The notes beneath the pieces were generated by a model. The model had not been told where the DNA came from. It ran no database searches and was given only the letters and a program-made list of their open reading frames with translations. Both the position numbers and the translations under genes were made by a program. Positions 17,280-24,921 of a stretch of DNA of 41,414 nt are shown one piece after another. Source of the DNA: an uncultured bacterium (GTDB lineage Bacteria; Patescibacteriota; Saccharimonadia; CAILAD01; BJGX01). The DNA lies in contig CAILAD010000012.1 of the NCBI GenBank assembly GCA_903832035.1, forward strand, positions 1 to 41,414, read 5' to 3'. Each line of letters opens with the position of its first letter. Positions within the stretch are counted from its first letter, which is position 1.

Positions 17280-17516
17280 GTGGTCATGGACTTCGAAATA
17301 TTCAATAAGCATATTACGCGCATCCTGGTATCAACCGCGGCATTTCTAGTTATTCTAAACTGTTTAGCAAACAATTTTATTTTGTCGGTCTTAGGTCTAG
17401 GCTTCATGGCAATGATTTTATTGTGCTATAGTCAGTATCGAGAAAACCAGAATCTACAGGAATGGGTAGAAAGCCTAGAACGGCAGCTCAATGATGAGCG
17501 AGGTATGTGGCAATGA
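17280..17516 (+). CDS. Small 2-TM protein with a helical C-terminal tail (orphan)
   Basis: The likely start is ATG 17286, 5 nt after AAGGAG (17275-17280). TM spans are ILVSTAAFLVILNCL and ILSVLGLGFMAMILLCY. The tail is SQYRENQNLQEWVESLERQLNDERGMWQ. Confidence 0.5.
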   Translation: MVMDFEIFNKHITRILVSTAAFLVILNCLANNFILSVLGLGFMAMILLCYSQYRENQNLQEWVESLERQLNDERGMWQ

Positions 17517-17698
17517 ATCTTTTTATCGTTTACGTTCTCATCCTTACAGTATTGGCGGTATTTTACTTATTGATGAGAGCTGCTGGAGTCCAAAGTAGCA
17601 AGATTATGCTCTCGATCATGCTGATATTCTTGATTCTACCTATAGGCATAGTCCTGTCGGTCAAGTTTGTCGGTGATGCCAAGAAAAATAATCTTTAA
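17507..17698 (+). CDS. Small 2-TM protein (orphan), translationally coupled to the previous ORF
   Basis: ATGA overlap at 17513-17516: ATG 17513 against TGA 17514-17516. The ORF-track start is GTG 17507. Sequence is MNLFIVYVLILTVLAVFYLL...MLIFLILPIGIVLSV. Confidence 0.5.
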   Translation: MAMNLFIVYVLILTVLAVFYLLMRAAGVQSSKIMLSIMLIFLILPIGIVLSVKFVGDAKKNNL

Positions 17699-17702
17699 CA
17701 TA

Positions 17703-17731
17703 CTCTGGGAATTATATCCCAGGGTTTTTTT
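17703..17731 (+). terminator. Intrinsic terminator of cassette 2
   Basis: CTGGGA-attata-TCCCAG followed by GGTTTTTTT. Confidence 0.7.
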
Positions 17732-17743
17732 AATACATTATTA

Positions 17744-17772
17744 TTGACTTATTATATTATTTATGCTATTAT
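17744..17772 (+). promoter_or_regulatory. Near-consensus promoter TTGACT-17-TATTAT (cassette 3)
   Basis: -35 at 17744-17749 and -10 at 17767-17772. The spacer ends in tttatgc, like cassette 1. Confidence 0.6.
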
Positions 17773-17822
17773 ATTGACGTAAATATAGAGGCAAGTCGTC
17801 TTTATATCCGAACATTAAGGAG

Positions 17823-18413
17823 TTGGTCCAATTGGCCACTTTCGAGTCAGTCTTGCTGCAGTTCAGCTTCAGCAACAAGAAACTAGTTCCAGTATCTGCC
17901 CAGCAGCTTCCAGTCGAAACAATCGACAACATGAAGCAAAGGGTTGCTGCCGGAAATGGCAACTGCCTGCTTGAGCCTGTGGTTCAGACCGATGTTTCTG
18001 AGATCCAAAAGGACCTTCAGAGTGCTGGCTACGTGCTGGTTGGCGGGTCAACACAGGAAAGGCTGAAAAAAAAGGATGGTTCACCCTACTGGATGGTACG
18101 ATTCATATTCGTTCCCTCCGACCGGGCTGAAGTCTCCGATCAGTTCAGCGTTGAAGATGCCACGGCTGCCCTCGACGAGATCACTAGCATGTCTTTCTGG
18201 CGTGCTAGGGGGTTTGACAACCCTGCTGAAAACGATGGCAGAATGCTCTCGATAAACCTTGAGGCGCGAGTCCAGCGCTACATCGGTGAGAACATTGAGC
18301 AGCCGGTGTCAGCAAGGCATCGAGACGAAGACGGCAAGCCCTTTGGTGAACCCCTTCCCATCCGACCCCAAGGCATCCTTGGATTCCAGGATCAGTCCCT
18401 GATCCTCAAGTAA
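17823..18413 (+). CDS. 196-aa orphan protein, GC-rich with C/G-ending codons
   Basis: Long clean ORF after AAGGAG (17817-17822). The likely start is TTG 17832 or ATG 17931, because TTG 17823 abuts the SD. I recognise no motif. Line 18121-18180 has 36/60 G+C. Confidence 0.55.
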   Translation: MVQLATFESVLLQFSFSNKKLVPVSAQQLPVETIDNMKQRVAAGNGNCLLEPVVQTDVSEIQKDLQSAGYVLVGGSTQERLKKKDGSPYWMVRFIFVPSDRAEVSDQFSVEDATAALDEITSMSFWRARGFDNPAENDGRMLSINLEARVQRYIGENIEQPVSARHRDEDGKPFGEPLPIRPQGILGFQDQSLILK

Positions 18414-18420
18414 CATTCAC

Positions 18421-18474
18421 GCCCCGAGACCACAAGTCCCGGGCAACAGCCCCGAGACCCAATGGTCTCGGGGC
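18421..18474. repeat. GCCCCGAGACC present twice direct (18421-18431, 18449-18459) and once inverted (18464-18474)
   Basis: Read directly from the sequence. Confidence 0.8.
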
Positions 18475-18483
18475 CTTACTTTT
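18449..18483. terminator. Terminator shared by convergent cassette 3 and polA
   Basis: 11-bp stem GCCCCGAGACC-caat-GGTCTCGGGGC followed by CTTACTTTT. The polA stop is at 18485. Confidence 0.7.
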
Positions 18484-18484
18484 G

Positions 18485-21220
18485 TCAGTCGAGCTCACCC
18501 CAATTAGCCCCTACCTTGATTCCTACTTCGATTGGGACTTCAAACTTATGCACTGCTATCATTTCTTTAGAGATCAATTTAGATACTAACTCAACCTGGT
18601 CTTTATCGCATTCCACTATTAATTCATCATGGATCTGCAATATTAAATTAGCTCCAGCTGGAAGCTTTTTATGAATGCTTACCATAGCCAGCTTCATCAT
18701 ATCTGCAGCTGTACCCTGCAGAGGCATATTTACAGCTGCTCTCTCTGCTGAAGAACGAACCATAAAGTTACTCGAATGCACGTCGGGACATGGCCTCCGT
18801 CTACCAAAAATTGTCTCGGTATAACCCTTATCATGAGCCATCTTTTTAATACTCGCTATATAGTCAGCAACACCTCTGCGGAGGTTGAAGTACCGGTCAA
18901 TAAAATCCTTGCTTTTTGCATAATCGAAACCAGTAGCCACAGAAAGTCCGTGCGTATTCATTCCATACAGGACCCCAAAATTAATTGCTTTTGCCGCATA
19001 GCGTTGCTCCGGCTTTACATCAGAGGGCTTAATATCAAACATTTCTGCAGCTGTGGCGGTATGAATGTCAGCCCCCTCTTTAAAGGACTTAATCATTGGC
19101 TCGTCACCCGCTAGGGCGGCTGCCAACCTAAGTTCAATCTGGCTATAATCAGCTGAGACAAATAGCTTACCTCTACCAGCCACAAAAGCTCTTCTTATCT
19201 CTTTTCCCATATCTGTTCTTGTTGGGATATTCTGAAGATTAGGATTGGTGCTGCTTAGTCTTCCGGTCTGGGCTATAGTCTGGTTATAGCTAGTGTGAAT
19301 ACGGTTATCTGCCTTGACTAGTCTCGGCAGCGAATCAACGTAGGTGCTCTTTAATTTAGTTAATTCGCGATATTCAAACATCATATCGATAATTTCATGC
19401 TTACCCTTGAGCTTATCTAGCTCGCTGGCAGCCGTACTAATACCGGTCTTAGTTTTTTTAAGTCCCGACGTATCTATATTTAACTTCTGAAAAAGAATCA
19501 CCTGAAGTTGGGCTGGGGAGCTAATATTAAATTCTTCGCCAGCTATCTTCCAAATATCTCTCTGTAACTTATTAATTTTCTTTTCATATTCACCTGATAA
19601 CTTAATAAGAAAATCACTATCTAAACCAATACCCTGTTTCTCCATATCTCCAAGGACCTCAATAAGGGACCACTCCATATCCTTAGCAAGTCTCGTCAAA
19701 TTCCCAATCGAAGCTAATTCCTTTTCTAGCTTTATATAAAGCCGCCAGGATATATCTGCATCTTCTGCTGCATACTGAGTTGCTTTTTTAATATCTATAT
19801 CATCAAAAGTTACCTGATTTTTTCCTTTAGGGCCAATCAGCTCTTCTATTCCTATCATTGAAATACCTAACTCGCTGTATGCTAACTGACTCAAGCTCTG
19901 AGCCCTACCTATAGGATTAATAAGAAATGCTGCCACCATAGTATCAAATATTATTGAGTCAATTTTTTGATCATACTTTCGTAATACCACGTAGTCATAC
20001 TTAATATTATGACCGACCTTGCCGATCTTTGGATTCTGCAGGATTGGGCCTACTAACCTCTTAAAATCAGAGATACTTATCTCAGTTTTTTGTTTATGGT
20101 TTAAGGGAACATAGTATGCCTCCCCTTCTTTAAAGCTAAACGATGCGCCGACTAGATTTGCATCTATTTCATCTGTGCTGTCTGTTTCGGTGTCAAAAGC
20201 AAAAACCTTTTGCTTTTTTAATTTATCTACCAATAACTCCAGCTCCGATATCTTTGTAATTGCTTGGTAATTAGATTTTTTTAAATGTTCCCGATTAAAT
20301 TCTGTAGCTTTATTTTCTTTTACCAAGTCATCATCTGATATATCTGAGTTTACCTTTTCTTCGGGCAGCTTAGCCAATAGGCTTTTAAACTCCAGGTGAT
20401 GAAAAAGGTCATACACCTTCTTTTTGTCATACTCATGTAGGAGTGCATCACTTAGGTTAAAGTCTAATTCTACATCTCTTTTTATCGTAGAGAGGTCCAG
20501 ACTAAGATAGGCGCTAGCCTTACCTGCAGTTAGCTTTTTAGCTAGTGCTGGCTTGATTAGATCGATGTTGCTGTAAATCTCATCAAGAGTCTTATACTCG
20601 GACACTAGTTCGGTAGCTCCTTTGTCACCAATTCCAGCAACACCCGGGATGTTGTCACTTGTATCACCCTTAAGGGCTTTATATACGATAAACTCCTCGG
20701 GTGTCACGCCATACTTGTCTACAACTGCTGCCTCATCGTAAACAAACGTATCTGTAAAACCCTTGCGCATCGTGTATATTTTTACATGGTCGGATACAAG
20801 CTGAAGCTCATCCATATCACCAGTTACTACGACAACGTCTAGACTCTTCTCATAATCCTTGGTGAGAGTACCAATAATATCATCAGCCTCAAAGCCTGAT
20901 GACTCCAGCAGTGGAATATTAAACGCCGCGACCACCTCTTTAGTTAGTGGCATCTGCGAATACAGCTCATCAGGAGCCTTTTTACGAGTTGCCTTATACT
21001 CTGAATACTGAACATGTCTAAAAGTCTTACCAGGGGCATCCCAAGCCACTACGGCATAGTCTGGTTTGAGTTCCCTAAGAGCTAGGAGCATCATAGTTGT
21101 AAAGCCATAGACTGCGTTGGTTGGTGTGCCGTCTTTGGTAGTTAAGTGTGGGATGGCATGAAAACCACGATGGACGAGGGCATGACCATCAAAAATTACT
21201 AATTTTTTTCTGTCTGACAT
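18485..21220 (-). CDS. polA: DNA polymerase I (5'-3' exonuclease, 3'-5' exonuclease and polymerase domains)
   Basis: GDTSDNIPGVAGIG (5' nuclease), FAFDTETDS (Exo I), DYSQIELRLAA (motif A), RYAAKAINFGVLYG (motif B) and QIHDEL (motif C). Confidence 0.97.
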   Translation of the reverse strand: MSDRKKLVIFDGHALVHRGFHAIPHLTTKDGTPTNAVYGFTTMMLLALRELKPDYAVVAWDAPGKTFRHVQYSEYKATRKKAPDELYSQMPLTKEVVAAFNIPLLESSGFEADDIIGTLTKDYEKSLDVVVVTGDMDELQLVSDHVKIYTMRKGFTDTFVYDEAAVVDKYGVTPEEFIVYKALKGDTSDNIPGVAGIGDKGATELVSEYKTLDEIYSNIDLIKPALAKKLTAGKASAYLSLDLSTIKRDVELDFNLSDALLHEYDKKKVYDLFHHLEFKSLLAKLPEEKVNSDISDDDLVKENKATEFNREHLKKSNYQAITKISELELLVDKLKKQKVFAFDTETDSTDEIDANLVGASFSFKEGEAYYVPLNHKQKTEISISDFKRLVGPILQNPKIGKVGHNIKYDYVVLRKYDQKIDSIIFDTMVAAFLINPIGRAQSLSQLAYSELGISMIGIEELIGPKGKNQVTFDDIDIKKATQYAAEDADISWRLYIKLEKELASIGNLTRLAKDMEWSLIEVLGDMEKQGIGLDSDFLIKLSGEYEKKINKLQRDIWKIAGEEFNISSPAQLQVILFQKLNIDTSGLKKTKTGISTAASELDKLKGKHEIIDMMFEYRELTKLKSTYVDSLPRLVKADNRIHTSYNQTIAQTGRLSSTNPNLQNIPTRTDMGKEIRRAFVAGRGKLFVSADYSQIELRLAAALAGDEPMIKSFKEGADIHTATAAEMFDIKPSDVKPEQRYAAKAINFGVLYGMNTHGLSVATGFDYAKSKDFIDRYFNLRRGVADYIASIKKMAHDKGYTETIFGRRRPCPDVHSSNFMVRSSAERAAVNMPLQGTAADMMKLAMVSIHKKLPAGANLILQIHDELIVECDKDQVELVSKLISKEMIAVHKFEVPIEVGIKVGANWGELD

Positions 21221-21226
21221 TACTCT

Positions 21227-21235
21227 ATTATAGCA
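21227..21235 (-). promoter_or_regulatory. Extended -10 (TGcTATAAT) 6 nt upstream of the polA ATG; candidate leaderless promoter
   Basis: Reverse strand reads aTGcTATAATagagtaATG. Confidence 0.5.
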
Positions 21236-21241
21236 TTACAG

Positions 21242-21553
21242 ATGGGCATGTGTTTAAATAAAAGTATGAGTGAATTCAGCGATGTAAGAAGCGATATTGG
21301 CTATGGTCCTTCAAATGAAGAGACAAACAAAAAGCTACGCGCATTGAAAGCCAAGCAAAAATCGACATCAAGCCCAACCGTTCCTGTTAAACCAGAGACG
21401 CAGCTGTCAGCAGAGGAACAGCGGGATCTAAACAGGAGGGGTATAGCATACGTAAGGGCTAATATGAAACTAAATAGGGGCGAAGAACTTACCCCAATAG
21501 AGCAAGAAATTATCGATAATTGGCCGAAACAAGACTCCGAGGACATACAATAA
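21242..21553 (+). CDS. Hypothetical small acidic protein
   Basis: 103-aa ORF, with ATG 21266 (MSEFSD) as a possible start. A terminator follows immediately. No motif recognised. Confidence 0.4.
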   Translation: MGMCLNKSMSEFSDVRSDIGYGPSNEETNKKLRALKAKQKSTSSPTVPVKPETQLSAEEQRDLNRRGIAYVRANMKLNRGEELTPIEQEIIDNWPKQDSEDIQ

Positions 21554-21580
21554 ATAACCCGCTCTTAGCGGGTTATTTTT
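21553..21580. terminator. Bidirectional terminator between the 21242 ORF and rpoD
   Basis: 10-bp stem AATAACCCGC-tctta-GCGGGTTATT followed by TTT. Confidence 0.75.
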
Positions 21581-22688
21581 AAACTATGTAGTCTTTTAAT
21601 TTTTTAGAATCTTTATGTTTTCTCAATTTAGTTAGGGCTTTAGCTTCTATCTGACGAATTCTTTCTCTAGTCACGCCAAACTCTTGTCCAACCTCTTCTA
21701 GGGTGTGGCTTCGGCCGTCTTCAAGACCAAAACGCATTCTTAATATCTTCTGCTCTCTGGGAGTAAGCATACTTAGGGTTTCGTCGATATGTTCTTTCAG
21801 TAATTCAAAAGTTGCTGCCTCGTGCGGGCTAACGGTATCCTGGTCTTCAATAAAGTCACCAAGGCTACTGTCCTCATCTTCACCGACTGTAGCATCTAAA
21901 CTGGTGGTGTCTTGGGAGATTTTTAAGATGTGATTTACCTTATCGACATCTATTTCCATTTCTTTAGCTAGCTCTTCTGGTAAGGGCTCGCGGCCAAGCT
22001 CAGTAGTTAGTCTTCTTTGGGTTCTGATTAATTTATTAATTGTTTCTACCATATGAACAGGTATTCGAATAACTCTAGCTTGGTCGGCTATTGCACGAGT
22101 AATAGCTTGCCTAATCCACCAAGTGGCGTATGTACTAAATTTAAAACCTCGAGTGTAGTCAAATTTTTCTACCGCTCGCAGTAATCCAGTATTGCCTTCT
22201 TCAATAAGATCTAGCAAGTCCAGACCACGGCCAATATATTTTTTAGCGATACTAACTACCAGTCTCAAGTTGGCCTCGGCTAGGGCATCTTTGGCCGCCT
22301 TATCACCCTTCTCAATTCGTTTGGCGAGCGACACTTCTTCTTCGGCCGTAATAAGTGGAATCTTACCAATTTCTCTTAGGTAAAGTCGTACTGAGTCATC
22401 TGCGATATCTTTAATGTAATCATCGCTTGCGGCATTTTCTACATCTTCTTCAGGTTCTGTCTGCCATATCATTTTGTCTTTCTGATCAACAACCTCAACA
22501 CCTTGATCGATTAGGGCTGAATACAAATCATCTAAGCCTTCGATGTTATTTTCGGCGTCTGGTATATCAGACATTATTTCTTGCTGAGTCACGAAACCTT
22601 TTTGACGACCCTTGGCAACTAATTTATCTATTGCTATCTGTAAAGTCTGGTCTTCTTCCAAAGGTGCTGGGGTAGCTTTTTTAGGCAT
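21579..22688 (-). CDS. rpoD: RNA polymerase primary sigma factor (sigma70/RpoD)
   Basis: Region 2 is [31 protein letters not shown], and region 4.2 is [24 protein letters not shown]. The SD GAGGAG precedes the ATG. It lies 3 nt after the dnaG stop. Confidence 0.95.
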   Translation of the reverse strand: MPKKATPAPLEEDQTLQIAIDKLVAKGRQKGFVTQQEIMSDIPDAENNIEGLDDLYSALIDQGVEVVDQKDKMIWQTEPEEDVENAASDDYIKDIADDSVRLYLREIGKIPLITAEEEVSLAKRIEKGDKAAKDALAEANLRLVVSIAKKYIGRGLDLLDLIEEGNTGLLRAVEKFDYTRGFKFSTYATWWIRQAITRAIADQARVIRIPVHMVETINKLIRTQRRLTTELGREPLPEELAKEMEIDVDKVNHILKISQDTTSLDATVGEDEDSSLGDFIEDQDTVSPHEAATFELLKEHIDETLSMLTPREQKILRMRFGLEDGRSHTLEEVGQEFGVTRERIRQIEAKALTKLRKHKDSKKLKDYIV

Positions 22689-22691
22689 ATT

Positions 22692-24446
22692 TTACTCCTC
22701 GTTTAAAATGGACTGGTATTTCTTTAGTAAGCTCTTAACTTTGGCCTGGTCTTTTTGTTCTTCGGCCTCAGAAATTTCTCTAGAGAGCTGTCGTTTGATT
22801 TTTTCGCGGACTATTTTACTTAGTCTATGTATCTGGGTGAAGGCTTCGAGCCGTGCGTCGTGTTCTGATATATCAGAGTACACGTGATCTCCCCGTAATG
22901 AAAGTATCTTAACATAGTCAGACAATTTTGGCAATAATTTAGCTATCTCTACCGGGTTAGACTTGCGATTATCCTTAATTACTTGAAAAATTGGTCTGTG
23001 CAATTCAGATAAGCTATCGAAGTCCAGATCTACGATTGCATCACGGGCTGGAAAACTAGAGAGCATCAATTCTAGCGTAATCCTCTCAATCTTCTCGCTT
23101 CTAGTTAACTGTCTTTTTACTTTATGATTTGTACTATCATCATCTAAACTAACTACTTCTACCGGTCCATCGTTGGATGTTTTATTACCTATTTTTTTTA
23201 TTATCGATTCTTCTGATACATCAATTGCCTGGGCAAGTTTTTTAACATAATGGCTGGTCTCAATATCGTCACCCAGGTTAATTATGGTGGGTATAACAAA
23301 GCTAGCAAAATCTTTTTTTCCTCTTGCGGACTTAGTATCAAACTTTCCTTTGGCAACTGAGAAAATATAATCTGGTGCATACTGCGCTTCTTTAACTGCT
23401 GCCTGCCAGGCCTCGGGGTCTTTTCGTATTAGCTCATCTGGGTCTTTGGCGCCAGTATAACTTACAACCATTAACTTAACATCCAAGCCTGATGCTGCAG
23501 ATAGTGCCCTCAAGGTAGCACTTAGGCCGGCTTCATCTTGGTCAAAACATAATTTAATGTTTTTCGTGAGCCTTGAGAGAATTTTTAGTTGATCATAAGT
23601 TAGAGCCGTACCACTGGAAGCTATCACATTTTTAGTACCATTATTGGCTAGTGCTAAAACATCCATATTACCCTCAACAATTATTACTTCATCTTGACTT
23701 CGAATGGCTTGTTTAGCCTGCATCAAGCCGTAAAGAGCTGTACTTTTATGGTAGACAGCTGATTCTGGTGTATTGATATACTTTGCTCCAGTATCGTTAT
23801 CGTTTAGAATTCTAGCCGAGAACCCAACCGTCCTCGCTTGGGTGTCAAATACGGGAAACATAATGCGACCTCTAAACATGTCATAAACACTATCCCGACC
23901 TGACTTTTGACGCACCAGACCACTATCTATTAGTTCTTGCCTGGTAAAGCCTTTTTGTATTAAATATTTACTCAAGGAATCCCAGGACTCTAGGCTGTAG
24001 CCTAGGCGGTACTCTTTTATAGTCTCAGACTTAAGACCCCTGATCTTTTTAAAGTAGTCTAGGGCCTGTTGGTCCTTAGATAAATTTAAGTGGTAGAACT
24101 TCATAGCCTGTTCGATAGCGTCATAGACTCTTGATTTTGACTTTCCGCTTTTGCCGTCTGAAGATCTAGCCTTTAGCTCTACACCGGCTTTCTTGGCTAG
24201 GAGCTCTAAGGCCTCTCTAAACTCCACCCCCTCCATAGCCATAACAAATGAAAAGATATCTCCACCCTGTCCACTACTAAAATCATGCCAAATACCCTTA
24301 TCGCTACTAACCATAAAGCTAGGAGTTTTTTCGGTCTTAAAAGGACTTAGTCCCTTCCAGTTACTACCCGACTGTTTTAGTGGCACGTAACCTGAAACAA
24401 CCTCGACTATGTCTAATCGATTCTTTATTTCTTCTACTTCATTCAT
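22692..24446 (-). CDS. dnaG: DNA primase DnaG (zinc-ribbon ligands substituted)
   Basis: EKTPSF block, TOPRIM EGNMDVLAL and DQDEAG. dnaG-rpoD synteny is present. Confidence 0.93.
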   Translation of the reverse strand: MNEVEEIKNRLDIVEVVSGYVPLKQSGSNWKGLSPFKTEKTPSFMVSSDKGIWHDFSSGQGGDIFSFVMAMEGVEFREALELLAKKAGVELKARSSDGKSGKSKSRVYDAIEQAMKFYHLNLSKDQQALDYFKKIRGLKSETIKEYRLGYSLESWDSLSKYLIQKGFTRQELIDSGLVRQKSGRDSVYDMFRGRIMFPVFDTQARTVGFSARILNDNDTGAKYINTPESAVYHKSTALYGLMQAKQAIRSQDEVIIVEGNMDVLALANNGTKNVIASSGTALTYDQLKILSRLTKNIKLCFDQDEAGLSATLRALSAASGLDVKLMVVSYTGAKDPDELIRKDPEAWQAAVKEAQYAPDYIFSVAKGKFDTKSARGKKDFASFVIPTIINLGDDIETSHYVKKLAQAIDVSEESIIKKIGNKTSNDGPVEVVSLDDDSTNHKVKRQLTRSEKIERITLELMLSSFPARDAIVDLDFDSLSELHRPIFQVIKDNRKSNPVEIAKLLPKLSDYVKILSLRGDHVYSDISEHDARLEAFTQIHRLSKIVREKIKRQLSREISEAEEQKDQAKVKSLLKKYQSILNEE

Positions 24447-24452
24447 AGATAT

Positions 24453-24458
24453 AGTATA
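24453..24458 (-). promoter_or_regulatory. -10 box (TATACT) 6 nt upstream of the dnaG ATG; candidate leaderless promoter
   Basis: Reverse strand reads gtTATACTatatctATG. Confidence 0.45.
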
Positions 24459-24483
24459 ACCCGTTTTAAAAAAATAATAAGCA

Positions 24484-24511
24484 AATAAAAAAGGTCCCGT
24501 ATTACGGAACC
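24484..24511 (-). terminator. Strand-specific intrinsic terminator of the 24522-24830 ORF
   Basis: The minus-strand RNA GGUUCCGU-aau-ACGGGACC forms 8 bp including one G-U pair, followed by UUUUUUAUUU. On the plus strand the same position is a C-A mismatch. Confidence 0.7.
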
Positions 24512-24521
24512 TAAAAGTGAA

Positions 24522-24830
24522 CTATCGAGGTCGCTGGTGTTCCAAGAGATTAGTTCGGATTCTTGACTCTGGTTGGAGAAAGTTAGGCCTCTTTTGAAGG
24601 AAATCCCTGACAGCTTGAGTACCAACTCTGATATAAAGGGCCTCGTTTGCGTGTGGCTTCATTTCTAGCATAGCATTTAGGGCAATGCTATCCAGGATAC
24701 TAATGCAGCCATACTTGTATATACCTAAGTCTGGACCGAGCTCTTGGCGGATTGCTCTTGCAGAAAAACTAATTAGGTCTCTTCTTGAGCAGGTGATTTC
24801 AAATTTTTCAACACTAGGGTTTGATACCAA
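24522..24830 (-). CDS. 102-aa hypothetical protein (orphan)
   Basis: TTG start 5 nt after a perfect AAGGAG (24836-24841). It has its own promoter and terminator. No motif recognised. Confidence 0.5.
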   Translation of the reverse strand: MVSNPSVEKFEITCSRRDLISFSARAIRQELGPDLGIYKYGCISILDSIALNAMLEMKPHANEALYIRVGTQAVRDFLQKRPNFLQPESRIRTNLLEHQRPR

Positions 24831-24869
24831 CTTATCTCCTTAGGTTCGCCTAGTAAATAGGTAGAAATA

Positions 24870-24897
24870 ATTTTACAGAAAAAAAATATATTTACAA
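24870..24897 (-). promoter_or_regulatory. Promoter TTGTAA-16-TAAAAT for the 24522-24830 ORF
   Basis: On the minus strand, -35 is at 24897-24892 and -10 at 24875-24870. Confidence 0.45.
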
Positions 24898-24921
24898 TGT
24901 TTTTATTACGGTTTAACTGTT

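Noticed and set aside
17741-18084. Two minus-strand ORFs (73 and 71 aa) opposite the 196-aa orphan.
   Set aside because: These are shadow ORFs of GC-rich coding sequence. The promoter, SD and terminator orientation all support the plus strand.
18421-18474. An alternative-pairing (attenuator-like) role for the triple GCCCCGAGACC.
   Set aside because: The upstream direct copy is identical, not complementary, to the 5' arm of the terminator. Either pairing still ends in the same U-tract, so no anti-terminator logic results. It also lies after the stop codon.
14611-18484. Whether the GC-rich islets are structured RNAs (tmRNA, RNase P RNA, SRP RNA, 6S), as GC peaks in AT-leaning genomes often are.
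   Set aside because: I could not find the conserved tmRNA, RNase P (P4) or SRP sequence blocks. Each islet instead has an SD-preceded open frame ending just before a terminator. The 3' multi-hairpin region at 14688-14762 could still carry an RNA function.
21301-21546. 81-aa minus-strand ORF mirroring the 21242-21553 ORF.
   Set aside because: The plus-strand frame ends exactly at a terminator and has a more protein-like composition. The minus-strand frame would have to read out of the rpoD terminator.
24443-24625. 60-aa minus-strand ORF bridging the 102-aa ORF and dnaG.
   Set aside because: It runs straight through a strong terminator hairpin and the dnaG -10 box, and it has no SD.
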